In this document: positions 39,278-49,170 of the stretch, one piece after another | How the letters are laid out: every line of letters starts with the position of its first letter | How positions within the stretch are numbered: the first letter of the stretch is position 1 | Virus record (IMG/VR): IMGVR_UViG_3300046516_001541 | Coordinates: 1 to 64,000 of that record | Reading direction: 5' to 3' (one strand) | Origin: a virus | Length of the DNA stretch: 64,000 bases | Program-made: the position numbers and the translations under genes | The notes under the pieces: model-generated | The model's database searches: none | What the model was told of the DNA's origin: nothing | The model's input: only the letters and a program-made list of their open reading frames with translations

Positions 39278-40177
39278 ATGGACGGCGGCACTTTGCAGGC
39301 GGCGGGTAGCGATTTCATTTCGCTCTCGGGCATCTTTTGCAAGGCGATGCCGGCCGAAGAAGCCGGCGCGCGCATGTTGTATCTCGAAGCCTCCAACGAG
39401 ACGAAAGATCACCAGAATGAGCGAATCCTGCAGTCAGCGTTGGCCGACAGTAAGGATTTCTACCTGCGCCACGGCAATATCGACATTTCGCATTTCACGA
39501 TGATCGGGCTGAAACACAACATCCCGAATCATATGGAATACGAGATTGGCAAGCCGCGCGAGGTGGGCTTTCACACCGGCAAGACATTCGTCAAGGCCGA
39601 ACTGTATCAGGGCGCCAACGGTGGCACGTCAGCCCAGGCGCGCAACGCGGATATGGTCTGGGACTCCCTGACCAAGCAGCGCCCGCCGATGTCGTGGTTC
39701 CCGTCTGTCGGCGGCGGCATTTTGGACCGCGGGCCGGCTATCGACCCTGAGACGAAAACCAAGGTCATGGTCGTGAAGAAAGTGCGATGGGTCAATATTG
39801 GCCTGGACCGCACTCCGGTCAACATGACGGTCCCAGAAGCGTCGCTGACGCCGATCGGGACGTTCATGAAAAGCCTAGGCGCGATCGGCACGTTCGCGAA
39901 GACGCTGACGGCCGGCTACGGTACGGATTCGGCGCAACTATCCGGGGGCGCCGCGTTGCGCAAGCAATCGCTCCTCGGCGCGCCGGTCAACTATTTTGAT
40001 TTTCGTGATCGGCTCGCCAAACATTTGATAGCGGGCCGTGACCAGAATTTGGGCTCACATGAGTTGATCGACCATTCGATCAATGTGCTGCAGCTCGATC
40101 CCGCCAGCGCCAATCAATGGGTTGGGCGGTTCATGCGTGATCTCAATACCAGTCTGACCAATCGGAGTTTGTCATGA
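39278..40177 (+). CDS. Prohead protease (SPO1/Twort-like)
   Basis: EASNE..D.Q.E.I, G.ID..H, IG.P, PSVGG and PVN; lies before scaffold and capsid. Start placed from the promoter motif. Confidence 0.8.
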   Translation: MDGGTLQAAGSDFISLSGIFCKAMPAEEAGARMLYLEASNETKDHQNERILQSALADSKDFYLRHGNIDISHFTMIGLKHNIPNHMEYEIGKPREVGFHTGKTFVKAELYQGANGGTSAQARNADMVWDSLTKQRPPMSWFPSVGGGILDRGPAIDPETKTKVMVVKKVRWVNIGLDRTPVNMTVPEASLTPIGTFMKSLGAIGTFAKTLTAGYGTDSAQLSGGAALRKQSLLGAPVNYFDFRDRLAKHLIAGRDQNLGSHELIDHSINVLQLDPASANQWVGRFMRDLNTSLTNRSLS

Positions 40178-40875
40178 GCAAAGTAGCTGCCGCAGTGGCT
40201 TCCGCCCTGGCTGTTGTCGCCAGTCCTTTCGACACGTTGCTCGGGGAACTCGACACGATGGCGAAGGCATTTCCGCCGAAAACTGACGCCGATGGCGATA
40301 AGGACGGCGACAAAAAGAAGTGCAAGCATGGCGTGGAGGGCTGCGAGAAGGAAGGCGATCACGAGCACGAAATGAAAAAGTCGTTCTCGATCACGCTGGC
40401 TGACGGCTCCGTGGTGGAAGTCGAAGATGGCGCCGCGATGCTGAAGGCGTTGTCGGATCGGTTCGATGCGTCCGAGGAAAAGGTGATTGGAACGCTGACA
40501 TCCGCTGTCGCCATCATCGGCAGTCAGGGCGCGCTGGTGAAGTCGCTGAGTGAGCAGCTGGCGACCCATGAAACGACCATTGGCGCACAGGCCACGATGA
40601 TCAAGTCGCTGCAGACGGACCTCGGCAAGCTCGCCTCGACCGGCGCGGGCCGCAAGGCTGTATTGACCGTGGCCGAACGCCGCACCGATACCGCGACAGC
40701 GGCGGTTGCAAAAAATGGCATGCCAGAAGGCGTGACGACCGAGCAGTTTTTCGCCAAGGCATTTGAGAAACAGGGCATGGGTAAGTTGACCGGCGCCGAT
40801 ATCTCGCTGGCCGAGACGTGCCTCAATAACGGTCACGCCATTCCCGACAATCTCGTCAGTCGCGTGCTGTCCTAA
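40174..40875 (+). CDS. Scaffold-like protein
   Basis: Coiled coil with repeated xKS/xKA and GRKAV; between protease and capsid. Confidence 0.65.
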   Translation: MSKVAAAVASALAVVASPFDTLLGELDTMAKAFPPKTDADGDKDGDKKKCKHGVEGCEKEGDHEHEMKKSFSITLADGSVVEVEDGAAMLKALSDRFDASEEKVIGTLTSAVAIIGSQGALVKSLSEQLATHETTIGAQATMIKSLQTDLGKLASTGAGRKAVLTVAERRTDTATAAVAKNGMPEGVTTEQFFAKAFEKQGMGKLTGADISLAETCLNNGHAIPDNLVSRVLS

Positions 40876-40937
40876 CGGCGCGCGCCTCCTAACTTCAGCA
40901 GCAACGTCACACTCAAAAATCCCAGAGGAACACTGAA

Positions 40938-42413
40938 ATGTTCAATCCGACAATTTTCCCCCAACTTGCCAATGGCGCTTCCGCCACAGGGGCACTGGGG
41001 CTCGATCAGGTGGCCGAGCTGCAGAAGGCGTTGACCGTAGGCTACGGCACGGACGTCTCGACGCTGTCCGGCGGCGCGGCTTTCCGGATCCAGTCGCTGG
41101 ATCGGACCATGATGGCCACGATTCAGGAGAACAAGCACTTTCGCCTGTTCAACGAGCTCGCCAAGCAGCCGGCGACCGCGACCGTCGACGAATGGACGGA
41201 GCAGTCGAGTGTCGGCGGATTCCTGGGCGGTTCGACCAACTCGGAAACCGGCACCATCGCTGCGGCGCAGGGTGTCTACAATCGGCGCGTCGGTCTGGTC
41301 AAGTACCTGATGACTCGCCGCGAGGTATCGTTCGTTTCCACGCTGGGCAACAACATTGTTCAGTCCGAGGCGATCGAGCAGCAGGCCGGCGCCAAGCAGC
41401 TGATTTCGGATGCGGAATTCCTGTCATTTTTCGGTGATTCGGCCGTGGTTCCGACCGAATTCGACGGCATCTTTGCCCAGCTTCAGGCGGGCGTGACGGC
41501 CGGTCAGGTGGATCCGCAGAACATCATCGACGCGGCGGGCGGCACGCTCTCCTCGATCAACTTCGTCAATCAGGCGGCGGCCCAGGTGAGTGGATACGGC
41601 AACTTTGGCCAGCCCACTCATATCTTCACGTCGCAGCTCGTGCAGGCAGACTTCGATACCGGCCTGGATCCGGCGTTCCGTGTGCCTCTGACGGACGTGC
41701 CAGGCGGCGGCATTCAGCTGGGTTCGCCGGTCAAGGGTATCCGCACTTCCTGGGGCGACATCCGGACCGAGCCGGACGTGTTCATTCAGGATGAGAAAAA
41801 CCTCCGTCCGTTCGAAGCGGACTTCCCGACGATCGCCGCGGCGAATGCTGCGCTGGCACCGACACTGGCGGTCGATGCGTCCGTGACGGATGCATCCTCA
41901 AATTTCCTGGCCGCGACGGCAGGGAACTACTATTGGGGCGTGACCGGCCTCAATGCGGCGGGCCAGTCGACCATCGTAAAGACGGCACAGACCGCAGTAG
42001 CGGCGGGCAAGAAGGTGACTCTCACCATCACACGCTCGGGTGGCGCGCAGGAAACGGGCTACGCGATCTATCGCTCGCGCCTCAATGGCACGAATGGCAC
42101 GACCGATTTCCGGCTCATCAAGCGGATTCCGCTGGTCGGCGCGACGACTCCCTATGTCGATTTCAACGTCGATCTCCCGGGCACGACCAAGGCATTCATC
42201 CTGAATCTGATGCCTGGCGATTCGGCGATCACATGGCGGCAACTGTTGCCCATGCTGAAATTCCCGCTGTACCCGACCGTTGCTGCGACCATTCCGTGGG
42301 CGCAGTTGATGTTCGGTTATCTGCGGCTCAGCAAGCGCAAGCACCACGCGATCATCAAAAACATCGTTCCGACGAATTCCGTCTGGAAGCCATATGGTCT
42401 GATCGCGACCTGA
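40938..42413 (+). CDS. Major capsid protein (Herelleviridae-like)
   Basis: KALTVGYGTD...GAAFR..SLD, R....VKYL...R.VS, E...F.GD and EFDG. Confidence 0.9.
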   Translation: MFNPTIFPQLANGASATGALGLDQVAELQKALTVGYGTDVSTLSGGAAFRIQSLDRTMMATIQENKHFRLFNELAKQPATATVDEWTEQSSVGGFLGGSTNSETGTIAAAQGVYNRRVGLVKYLMTRREVSFVSTLGNNIVQSEAIEQQAGAKQLISDAEFLSFFGDSAVVPTEFDGIFAQLQAGVTAGQVDPQNIIDAAGGTLSSINFVNQAAAQVSGYGNFGQPTHIFTSQLVQADFDTGLDPAFRVPLTDVPGGGIQLGSPVKGIRTSWGDIRTEPDVFIQDEKNLRPFEADFPTIAAANAALAPTLAVDASVTDASSNFLAATAGNYYWGVTGLNAAGQSTIVKTAQTAVAAGKKVTLTITRSGGAQETGYAIYRSRLNGTNGTTDFRLIKRIPLVGATTPYVDFNVDLPGTTKAFILNLMPGDSAITWRQLLPMLKFPLYPTVAATIPWAQLMFGYLRLSKRKHHAIIKNIVPTNSVWKPYGLIAT

Positions 42414-42433
42414 GAGCGGGCTGGCTCAAAAAT

Positions 42434-42465
42434 GATGGGCATCCTAGAATGGGTGCCCATCTTCT
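42434..42465 (+). terminator. Hairpin after capsid gene (attenuator/terminator)
   Basis: GATGGGCATCC/GGGTGCCCATC stem with a short T tail. Confidence 0.5.
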
Positions 42466-42480
42466 GCGGAGAATCTCGCC

Positions 42481-42945
42481 ATGGCGAAAGTTATTTGCAC
42501 GCTGCCGAACGCCTCGACGGAAATCAATGGCGTCAAGTTTGTGAGCCACAAACTCGGCATGATCTCCGAAGACGTCGACGATGAGGTTGCCACCGGATTC
42601 GCGACGATTCAGGGGTATCACCACTACGACCCGAAGACGAAGGGTATCATCGCTCCTGCCGGACCTGCGACAGCGGAAACCGCCGGCGCGGGTAGCGCTG
42701 GAGCCGAGCTCGGCATTTCGCCGCTGCTACCCACTCCTGAGTCACTGGCCGCTGCAGCTGCGGCGTTCACTCCTGTGGCGCGCGGACAATTGATTGATCT
42801 GTTGGTCGCGCAGCAGAAGGCGAAGCCGGCTGCGCCCGCGTCCCCGCCAAAACTCGATCCCAAGGTTCCGCCAGCTACTACAGGCGCCGGAGCCAAAACC
42901 GCTCCTGCAGCCGGCACAGGCGGCGCACCGAATCCCACGTTCTAA
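42481..42945 (+). CDS. Virion-associated hypothetical protein (Pro/Ala-rich tail)
   Basis: GGAG SD; directly follows the capsid gene. Confidence 0.7.
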   Translation: MAKVICTLPNASTEINGVKFVSHKLGMISEDVDDEVATGFATIQGYHHYDPKTKGIIAPAGPATAETAGAGSAGAELGISPLLPTPESLAAAAAAFTPVARGQLIDLLVAQQKAKPAAPASPPKLDPKVPPATTGAGAKTAPAAGTGGAPNPTF

Positions 42946-42963
42946 CTTTCTGGAGTACTGATC

Positions 42964-43194
42964 ATGGCGCGCGACCTCATTCATGAACTGGATCACATGG
43001 AGCCTGCCGCATTCCATGTGAAATTGGGTGTAATGCTCCAGAAGATCATCACGAACCAGAACACCATTCTGGCCAAGTTGGATGGCATTGGCGCAGCAGC
43101 CAACATTGCGGCGGTCAATGCGGCGGCGGGCACAACCAATGTTGCGACACTGGCGCAGCCGGACCTGATCGCACTGGGATTGACTGCCGGCTGA
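42964..43194 (+). CDS. Small virion-associated protein
   Basis: GGAG SD; IL.KLD motif. Confidence 0.65.
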   Translation: MARDLIHELDHMEPAAFHVKLGVMLQKIITNQNTILAKLDGIGAAANIAAVNAAAGTTNVATLAQPDLIALGLTAG

Positions 43195-43218
43195 TCTCGC
43201 GCACTGACATGCGACCCG

Positions 43219-43263
43219 GGCCCGCCGCCGAATCAAAACCGGTCGGTGGGCCTTTCCATTTCT
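43219..43263 (+). terminator. Rho-independent terminator
   Basis: GGCCCGCCG...CGGTGGGCC followed by TTTCCATTT. Confidence 0.6.
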
Positions 43264-43274
43264 GAGCGAGTGAT

Positions 43275-44390
43275 ATGACTGCAACCATCATCATTGGGCA
43301 GGCCGAAAGTCTATCCGCGACTGTCTCGGTCAATGGCACGGCGGTTGCGATCGATACCGCTGCCTCAGTGAGCGCCAGTCTCGTGTCCATTGATGGGCGC
43401 ACGGTACTGCTCAGCGTTCGCGCGTGCAACCATACGGCAGCTGGCGCCAATTGGCCTACAGGCATTGTGGTGACTGCTTTCACTGCACTCGAGACGGCTA
43501 CTCTGACGGCCGGACCGCCGGATGCCATGCTCGTGCTGCAGGGCCCGGGTTTCGTCAAGCGCTTCCGGGTGCATGTCGAAGATCTGGCCGACGTCCCGCG
43601 CTCACTCCTGTTCGTGCGCGACATCATCATCGATGAGTTGCGCCAGGATCAGCTCATTCTGATGGCTCAGACCTTTTTCCCTGGTCTGACGCTGACGGAT
43701 GATTTTCTGTGGTCGACGGTCCAGGCGGCCGAATCCGAAGTCGCGCGCACTCTGCGCGTGCCTCTGGTGCCAACGCAATTTTTCGCCAATCCGCCGACGA
43801 GCGATCAAATCGCCGCAGTGCCCGTGGGCATGCCGTATGCGGTGGATGCGGCCTATGATTATGAGCCGGACTTTTTCACAGGCGAGAAATGGGGTTTTCT
43901 CGTACTGCGCAAAAAGCCGCTGATCAGCGTGAGCTTGATCCGCTTCGTCTATCCGGCTCCGACCATCGGCTTTTATGACATCCCGGCTGACTGGCTGCGC
44001 ATCGACCGGAAGTATGCGCATATTCGATTTGTGCCGGCGAGCTCGCCGTTCGTGGCACCGCTCAATGCGTTCATCTTGCAGGCGCTCGGCGGTGGCCGCA
44101 CGATCCCGTTTGCGATCGAATGTACCTACATCGCAGGCATCACGGATCCGTGGGGCACCTATCCGGAACTGATCGACGCCATCAAGAAAACGGCCATCCT
44201 CAAAATCATCGAGAACGGCTTTTTGCCGCAGTCTGGATCAATCAGTGCAGACGGTCTCTCGCAGTCGATGTCGATCGACATGAAGGCATACCGGGACGGC
44301 ATCAACAATATTCTGAACGGGCCGCCTGGCGCGAATGGCGGTCTCATGACGGCGATTCATGGGATCCGAACGTCTGCGCTAGGCAACTGA
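43275..44390 (+). CDS. Head-tail adaptor/neck protein with N-terminal beta-sandwich extension
   Basis: AAES...R.L, Y.AG and SISADGLSQS.S; position after the capsid. Confidence 0.7.
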   Translation: MTATIIIGQAESLSATVSVNGTAVAIDTAASVSASLVSIDGRTVLLSVRACNHTAAGANWPTGIVVTAFTALETATLTAGPPDAMLVLQGPGFVKRFRVHVEDLADVPRSLLFVRDIIIDELRQDQLILMAQTFFPGLTLTDDFLWSTVQAAESEVARTLRVPLVPTQFFANPPTSDQIAAVPVGMPYAVDAAYDYEPDFFTGEKWGFLVLRKKPLISVSLIRFVYPAPTIGFYDIPADWLRIDRKYAHIRFVPASSPFVAPLNAFILQALGGGRTIPFAIECTYIAGITDPWGTYPELIDAIKKTAILKIIENGFLPQSGSISADGLSQSMSIDMKAYRDGINNILNGPPGANGGLMTAIHGIRTSALGN

Positions 44391-44391
44391 C

Positions 44392-45036
44392 ATGCGTCTG
44401 AATCCTGCGGCCTTCAACGCTTTTCTCTCGGGCAACATTGGCCAGAACATGAACTGGCGCAAAGGAAATGCCTGCCCGTGTTTCAATCCTCAGAGTGGCG
44501 CGGCCATTCCCGGACATCCTCTGTGTGCCGGTAAAGGCTGGATTTGGGATGCGCCGATCGCCGCGAAAGCAGGCATGACGCAGCAAAAAGTGAGTCGTGA
44601 ATGGGCCCAGATGGGGCAATGGGAAGCGGGCGATGCGATTCTGACAATTCCCTCTGATTCTACAATGTACGAGCAAGCTGGCCGGTTTGATCGTATCGAA
44701 TTGTTGAATTCGACCGATGTGTTCAAACTCATGCTGAAACGTGGATCCAACGACCGCATTTTGCTACCGGTCGTCAAATTCATCCGGGTTTTCTGGTTGG
44801 ATCCAAACGACAATCAGACCATGATCGATGGTGGATTGCCTGTGATCGATGTCAGTGGGAATCTGACATGGCCCAACAATGACGGACCTCCCACTGGCTT
44901 GCAATACAGTATTTCCGGTATCCGCTATACCGACTACTTCATCTGGTACAACCTGCCCAGCGACCGCAATGAGCATTTCGGCGCGGCGCTGCCGAAAAAA
45001 TTGCTGATGCGCAGGTTCGATCTATTCGGGCGCTAG
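44392..45036 (+). CDS. Head completion/neck protein
   Basis: W.....CPC...C.G.GW motif typical of SPO1/Twort-like neck proteins. Confidence 0.7.
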   Translation: MRLNPAAFNAFLSGNIGQNMNWRKGNACPCFNPQSGAAIPGHPLCAGKGWIWDAPIAAKAGMTQQKVSREWAQMGQWEAGDAILTIPSDSTMYEQAGRFDRIELLNSTDVFKLMLKRGSNDRILLPVVKFIRVFWLDPNDNQTMIDGGLPVIDVSGNLTWPNNDGPPTGLQYSISGIRYTDYFIWYNLPSDRNEHFGAALPKKLLMRRFDLFGR

Positions 45037-45839
45037 GCGCCGAGCGTCCGCCGCAGCGCCTCGACAAACACTTTTTCAGCCAGCGGGCGCATGTTCGTGG
45101 TGACACATTCAGCTATGTGCAATCCAGGCTGCGGCGGCAGAATCCATTTTGCCGAACCTTCCATCATCGTCCTGAAGGTCATATGAGAGGAGTGACGTCC
45201 GCCGCCAGGCGTTGTGGTGTCGAAGCGCACCATCGACGCATAGATGTCCGTGGCGTGGAATTCCTTCAGCTTCGGCGCCAATCCCGCCGGCAGGCGACCG
45301 CCCCACTGATATGAGCGCGTGGCGACGGTCCGCATTTGGCGCTGGCCGGTGACGCTGGCGTGCATCGCGGCGGGGCGCGTGCCTTGTCCGGTGACTCGAG
45401 ATGGCGTGAGCTCGCGCGCTTGCGCGTAAATACTCGCCGGCATGGCCTGACCACCGTCAGCACCAGGCACATTGTGCCGAAATGGAATGATCAGGTACTT
45501 TTTGCCGTTCTTGAACTGCCGCGTCTTCTGGCTCGTCTGGAGCATCTGCTTGAGGTCGTAGGCAGGGCGACCATTCTCGATCGCCTCATCCTGTTCGTAG
45601 ATTGATTGCACCTCGGCGCTGAATGGTCCGGTCGATTTCCACGTGATGCCCGCGGCGTACTTGTCCTTTTCGCCGCTCCATAGATTCGTGCGCTGGACGG
45701 CCTCCTGCCAGTTCGATGTCATCTGCTGGGCGACAGCCCGGACGGCCTGACCGAGCAACGGGAATACTTGCTCATTTATGATGTTCTCTGTCGCGGCCAT
45801 GATGCCGGACAGATCAATCGAGATTCGGAAATCAGCCAT
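45033..45839 (-). CDS. Neck/tail-completion-type protein, inverted relative to the module
   Basis: IE.G...YD.K...KYL.IPFRH...TFR......WI.P motifs; start MADFRIS. Confidence 0.75.
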   Translation of the reverse strand: MADFRISIDLSGIMAATENIINEQVFPLLGQAVRAVAQQMTSNWQEAVQRTNLWSGEKDKYAAGITWKSTGPFSAEVQSIYEQDEAIENGRPAYDLKQMLQTSQKTRQFKNGKKYLIIPFRHNVPGADGGQAMPASIYAQARELTPSRVTGQGTRPAAMHASVTGQRQMRTVATRSYQWGGRLPAGLAPKLKEFHATDIYASMVRFDTTTPGGGRHSSHMTFRTMMEGSAKWILPPQPGLHIAECVTTNMRPLAEKVFVEALRRTLGA

Positions 45840-45888
45840 CCGAGCAGTATGCCGTCTCGTCTTTGAGTCGTGACAGCAGCATGACCCC
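45840..45888. promoter_or_regulatory. Back-to-back pair of late promoter motifs
   Basis: Minus: GACGAGAC-gg-CATACT-6nt-ATG (45839). Plus: GTCGTGAC-ag-CAGCAT-6nt-ATG (45889). Confidence 0.75.
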
Positions 45889-46731
45889 ATGATTAACGCG
45901 ATCGCGCCGCTCGCCGTAGGGAATGCGGTCCAAATTGTCGTGGAGCTGCCGGCTACGGCAGTGCATTGGCGCATTTTGCGCAATACGACAGGCGTCTTTC
46001 CTGCTTTCAATGATGCGCTGTCGACGCTCGTGCACGATGCGAATGACGGCGATCCATTGCAGTTTCTGGATGCCTCGAATCTGGTCAACGGTACGCTGTA
46101 CTACTACCAGGGATTTTACTGGGACGGTGCAGCGTGGACCACGGACAGTGCAGCGGTCACAGTCACTCCGGCGACGACGTATCTTGATGACAGCGCGGAC
46201 GCGCAGACCGTGGTGCGTGATCGCTTGGATGTTGGTATCGCGGCGGAGATTGCTCGCGGCGCGCTCAGTCCGATTGCCGGTTTGATCAAAGTATTGTTGG
46301 CTCCTCCTGTGTTTGAGGACACGGCATTCCCCTGCATTTCAGTGCATATGAAAAACGAAGCGCCACTTAACCGAGCGCTCGGCGAAGATATCGCCAACGA
46401 TCAACTCGACACTTTGACCGGCCTGTATGACGATCACGAAGGTTGGGCCGCAAAAACTCAATTGGATGTGATCGGCTGGTCGCTGAATGCAGATGAGCGC
46501 GTTCAGCTTCGGAAAGCGATTCGCCGTGTCATGGCTGCCAATCTCGGCGTATTTGATGAGGCGTTGCTACTGCAGGTCGAATTCAGTCAGTCGGACATCG
46601 AGGATTTTTCGACCTACAATGCGCCTGTGTATGAAACCGTAGGCGTGTTCACTTGTGTGACACCGATCGCCGTGAATGTGCCAGGCCCCGCGATCACGAC
46701 CGTCGACAGCACTGTCATTCCCATCAACTGA
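45889..46731 (+). CDS. Tail terminator-like protein with N-terminal FN3-like domain
   Basis: FLD...L.NGT.YYY; FP.ISV...E...LGE; WSLNADER. Confidence 0.6.
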   Translation: MINAIAPLAVGNAVQIVVELPATAVHWRILRNTTGVFPAFNDALSTLVHDANDGDPLQFLDASNLVNGTLYYYQGFYWDGAAWTTDSAAVTVTPATTYLDDSADAQTVVRDRLDVGIAAEIARGALSPIAGLIKVLLAPPVFEDTAFPCISVHMKNEAPLNRALGEDIANDQLDTLTGLYDDHEGWAAKTQLDVIGWSLNADERVQLRKAIRRVMAANLGVFDEALLLQVEFSQSDIEDFSTYNAPVYETVGVFTCVTPIAVNVPGPAITTVDSTVIPIN

Positions 46732-46741
46732 GGTATTTCCA

Positions 46742-46963
46742 ATGACCGGTGAAACAGCGCAAGAAGTCGCGCCAGAAACAGAGACCGAAACGACCGCCAC
46801 GATTCCGCTGGGCGAGTTTTGCGCTTCACTGTCTGCGCATGACAAGCGCGTCGAGCTCATCGCCGGTTTCCATTCGGACGAGTTGCGCGAAAACCGTCTG
46901 CACGATATTGAGTCCGCGTATCACGAGCGCTTCGCAGCGTTCGCCGAACGTCCGGTAAAGTGA
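46742..46963 (+). CDS. Small conserved tail-module protein
   Basis: GAGG SD; precedes the sheath gene. Confidence 0.65.
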   Translation: MTGETAQEVAPETETETTATIPLGEFCASLSAHDKRVELIAGFHSDELRENRLHDIESAYHERFAAFAERPVK

Positions 46964-46973
46964 GGGACTGACC

Positions 46974-48719
46974 ATGGCTGTCTTTTTCAATGGGCAATTG
47001 TTGGTTTCTCCGACGACGGTTTCATTCGTCAATGATGCGGCACTCGCCAATCAGAATCTGACGGTTGGCAATGTCGTGGCCATCATCGGCGCATCCACCG
47101 GAGGCCAGCCGAATACGGGGCTCGTCTTCGGCGATCCGAATGTCGCGGCGAGCGTGCTTCAAAGCGGTGAGCTGCTCACTGCCGTGCAGAAGTGTTTCGC
47201 ACCGAGCGCTGATACAGGCGGTCCCACGACGGTCATTGCCGTGCGCGTCAATCCTGCGGTGCAGGCGGCTTTGGTTCTGTCGGATGTATCACCGACACCC
47301 GTTATCAACTTGGTCTCGACCGATTACGGGCTGTATACCAACCAGATCAAAGTCAAAATCGAGACTGGTTCGACCGCTGGCAAAAAGATCACGACGCAGC
47401 TCGGAAACAATTTCTACGTTCAGGACAACATCCAGCGGCGCACCTTCCAGATCCAGTACACCGGCGGCCAAGCTACCGCGAGTATGACGATCAACGGCAC
47501 GACACTTACTGTGTTCGCGCCGAATGGCACCCCTATTGCGGTCGTCGACCTCGCCACCTATCCGACTGTCGCGCAAGTTGTCGATCGACTCAATGCAGTG
47601 GCCGGTATCGTGGCATCGATTCTCGATGGCAACAACAACGCGGCTACCCTGAACGCGCTTGATTACGTGACGGCAGTCGACATCAAAACGGCTCCGGTCA
47701 CGGCGTTGGCCAACCTGCAGGCCATCGTCGACTACTTCAATGGTCTGGCCGAAGGCTTCGTTACTGCCACGCGCGTGGCGGCGGTCGGAACGCTGCCGGT
47801 GAATATCCCTTTCACGTTCCTGGCCGGCGGATCGGATGGCACGATCACGAACACACAATGGGCCAATGCGCTGACGACGCTGCAATCCGCTGCCACTCCG
47901 GCGCCTGGCGCGGTCGGCATCGATCCGCAATGGATCGTTCCGATTTCATCGGATCCGGCGATCGCCGCCATGGTCGACGCGCATGTCCAATTCATGTCGA
48001 CGATTGGCAAGAAGGAGCGCCGCGCGATTTGCGGAACGGCACTCGGCACCACGGACGCGGCAGCGATTGCGGCGGCAAAGGCGATCAACAGTGACCGCAC
48101 GTCACTCGTGCATCTGGGCTACTACGATTACAACGCGGCCGGCGCGCTGACACTGTATTCCCCGTATCTCACGGCAGCTGCCGTGGCTGGGGCATTCTCA
48201 GGCGTGGGCCCAGGTACGCCGCTCACGAACAAGACGCTCAATCTGCGCGGCATCGAACGGAATCTCAAGAATCCGATCGATACGGATCCGCTGATCCTGG
48301 GCGGCGTCTTTGCGATCGAGAATACGCCGAATGGATATAAGGTCGTCAAATCGATTTCGACGTGGTTGGTAGATACCAACTTCTATCGCGTGGAAGTCTC
48401 GACAGGCGTCGCAGGCGACTTTGTTGCGCGCAATCTGCGCAATGCGCTCGATCCTCTGCGCGGAAGCAAGAGCGATCCGTTGCTCTTGTCCCAGGCGGCC
48501 AGCCGCACGGCATCCATCTGCACGCTTCTCGCCGTCCCGGAGCCGAACGGTCCCGGTGTCTTGGTCGGAAATGCCGCCAATCCGCCATTCAAGAATATTA
48601 CGGCATCGATTGTGGGAGACGTCTTGTCGGTAAGCGTGCAGGCGTCTCTCGTGATTCCCAACAACTACATTTTGATCACCATTGCCGCTGTACCATTTAG
48701 CGGCTCGGTTTCGGCCTGA
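46974..48719 (+). CDS. Tail sheath protein
   Basis: IG...GG.P, L.SGELL, S.DYG...N.I, L.GGSDG and E.S.....DF; 581 aa. Confidence 0.9.
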   Translation: MAVFFNGQLLVSPTTVSFVNDAALANQNLTVGNVVAIIGASTGGQPNTGLVFGDPNVAASVLQSGELLTAVQKCFAPSADTGGPTTVIAVRVNPAVQAALVLSDVSPTPVINLVSTDYGLYTNQIKVKIETGSTAGKKITTQLGNNFYVQDNIQRRTFQIQYTGGQATASMTINGTTLTVFAPNGTPIAVVDLATYPTVAQVVDRLNAVAGIVASILDGNNNAATLNALDYVTAVDIKTAPVTALANLQAIVDYFNGLAEGFVTATRVAAVGTLPVNIPFTFLAGGSDGTITNTQWANALTTLQSAATPAPGAVGIDPQWIVPISSDPAIAAMVDAHVQFMSTIGKKERRAICGTALGTTDAAAIAAAKAINSDRTSLVHLGYYDYNAAGALTLYSPYLTAAAVAGAFSGVGPGTPLTNKTLNLRGIERNLKNPIDTDPLILGGVFAIENTPNGYKVVKSISTWLVDTNFYRVEVSTGVAGDFVARNLRNALDPLRGSKSDPLLLSQAASRTASICTLLAVPEPNGPGVLVGNAANPPFKNITASIVGDVLSVSVQASLVIPNNYILITIAAVPFSGSVSA

Positions 48720-48735
48720 TTAGGAGGCGGTAGAC

Positions 48736-49170
48736 ATGGCTCAACAGAACCTCAGAACCCGGTCAGGCAATCGAATCATCGTCACGTTTGATTCGAAGAA
48801 GATCGGGCTCATCCAGAACGTGCGCATGAGTGACGATTACGCGCCGGATCCGGCCTCGGGCATCGGCGATATCCACATACAGGAGTACGTGCCAACCGTG
48901 GCGCGGCACAATCTGAACGTGACATCCATGGTGCTGATCCGCGGCGCCATGCTGCAAGCGGGACTCATCCCGGAAAATGGCGACGGTGCGTTGTTGGGAC
49001 TCGTCTTCGACATCGAGAGCTTTGACAAGCAGACGGGCGACTTACTGCGCAAGTACACCGGTTGCTCGTATGCCAGCGGCGATCTCGAAATCAGCAAACA
49101 CACGATCGTCATGCAGTCCGGCACGTTCAATGCGCTGGATGTGAGCGGCCTGGGAGTGGGTGCGACCTGA
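48736..49170 (+). CDS. Tail tube protein
   Basis: SGNRI...IG..Q...GIG.I...E.VP...Y.GC; follows the sheath gene. Confidence 0.85.
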   Translation: MAQQNLRTRSGNRIIVTFDSKKIGLIQNVRMSDDYAPDPASGIGDIHIQEYVPTVARHNLNVTSMVLIRGAMLQAGLIPENGDGALLGLVFDIESFDKQTGDLLRKYTGCSYASGDLEISKHTIVMQSGTFNALDVSGLGVGAT

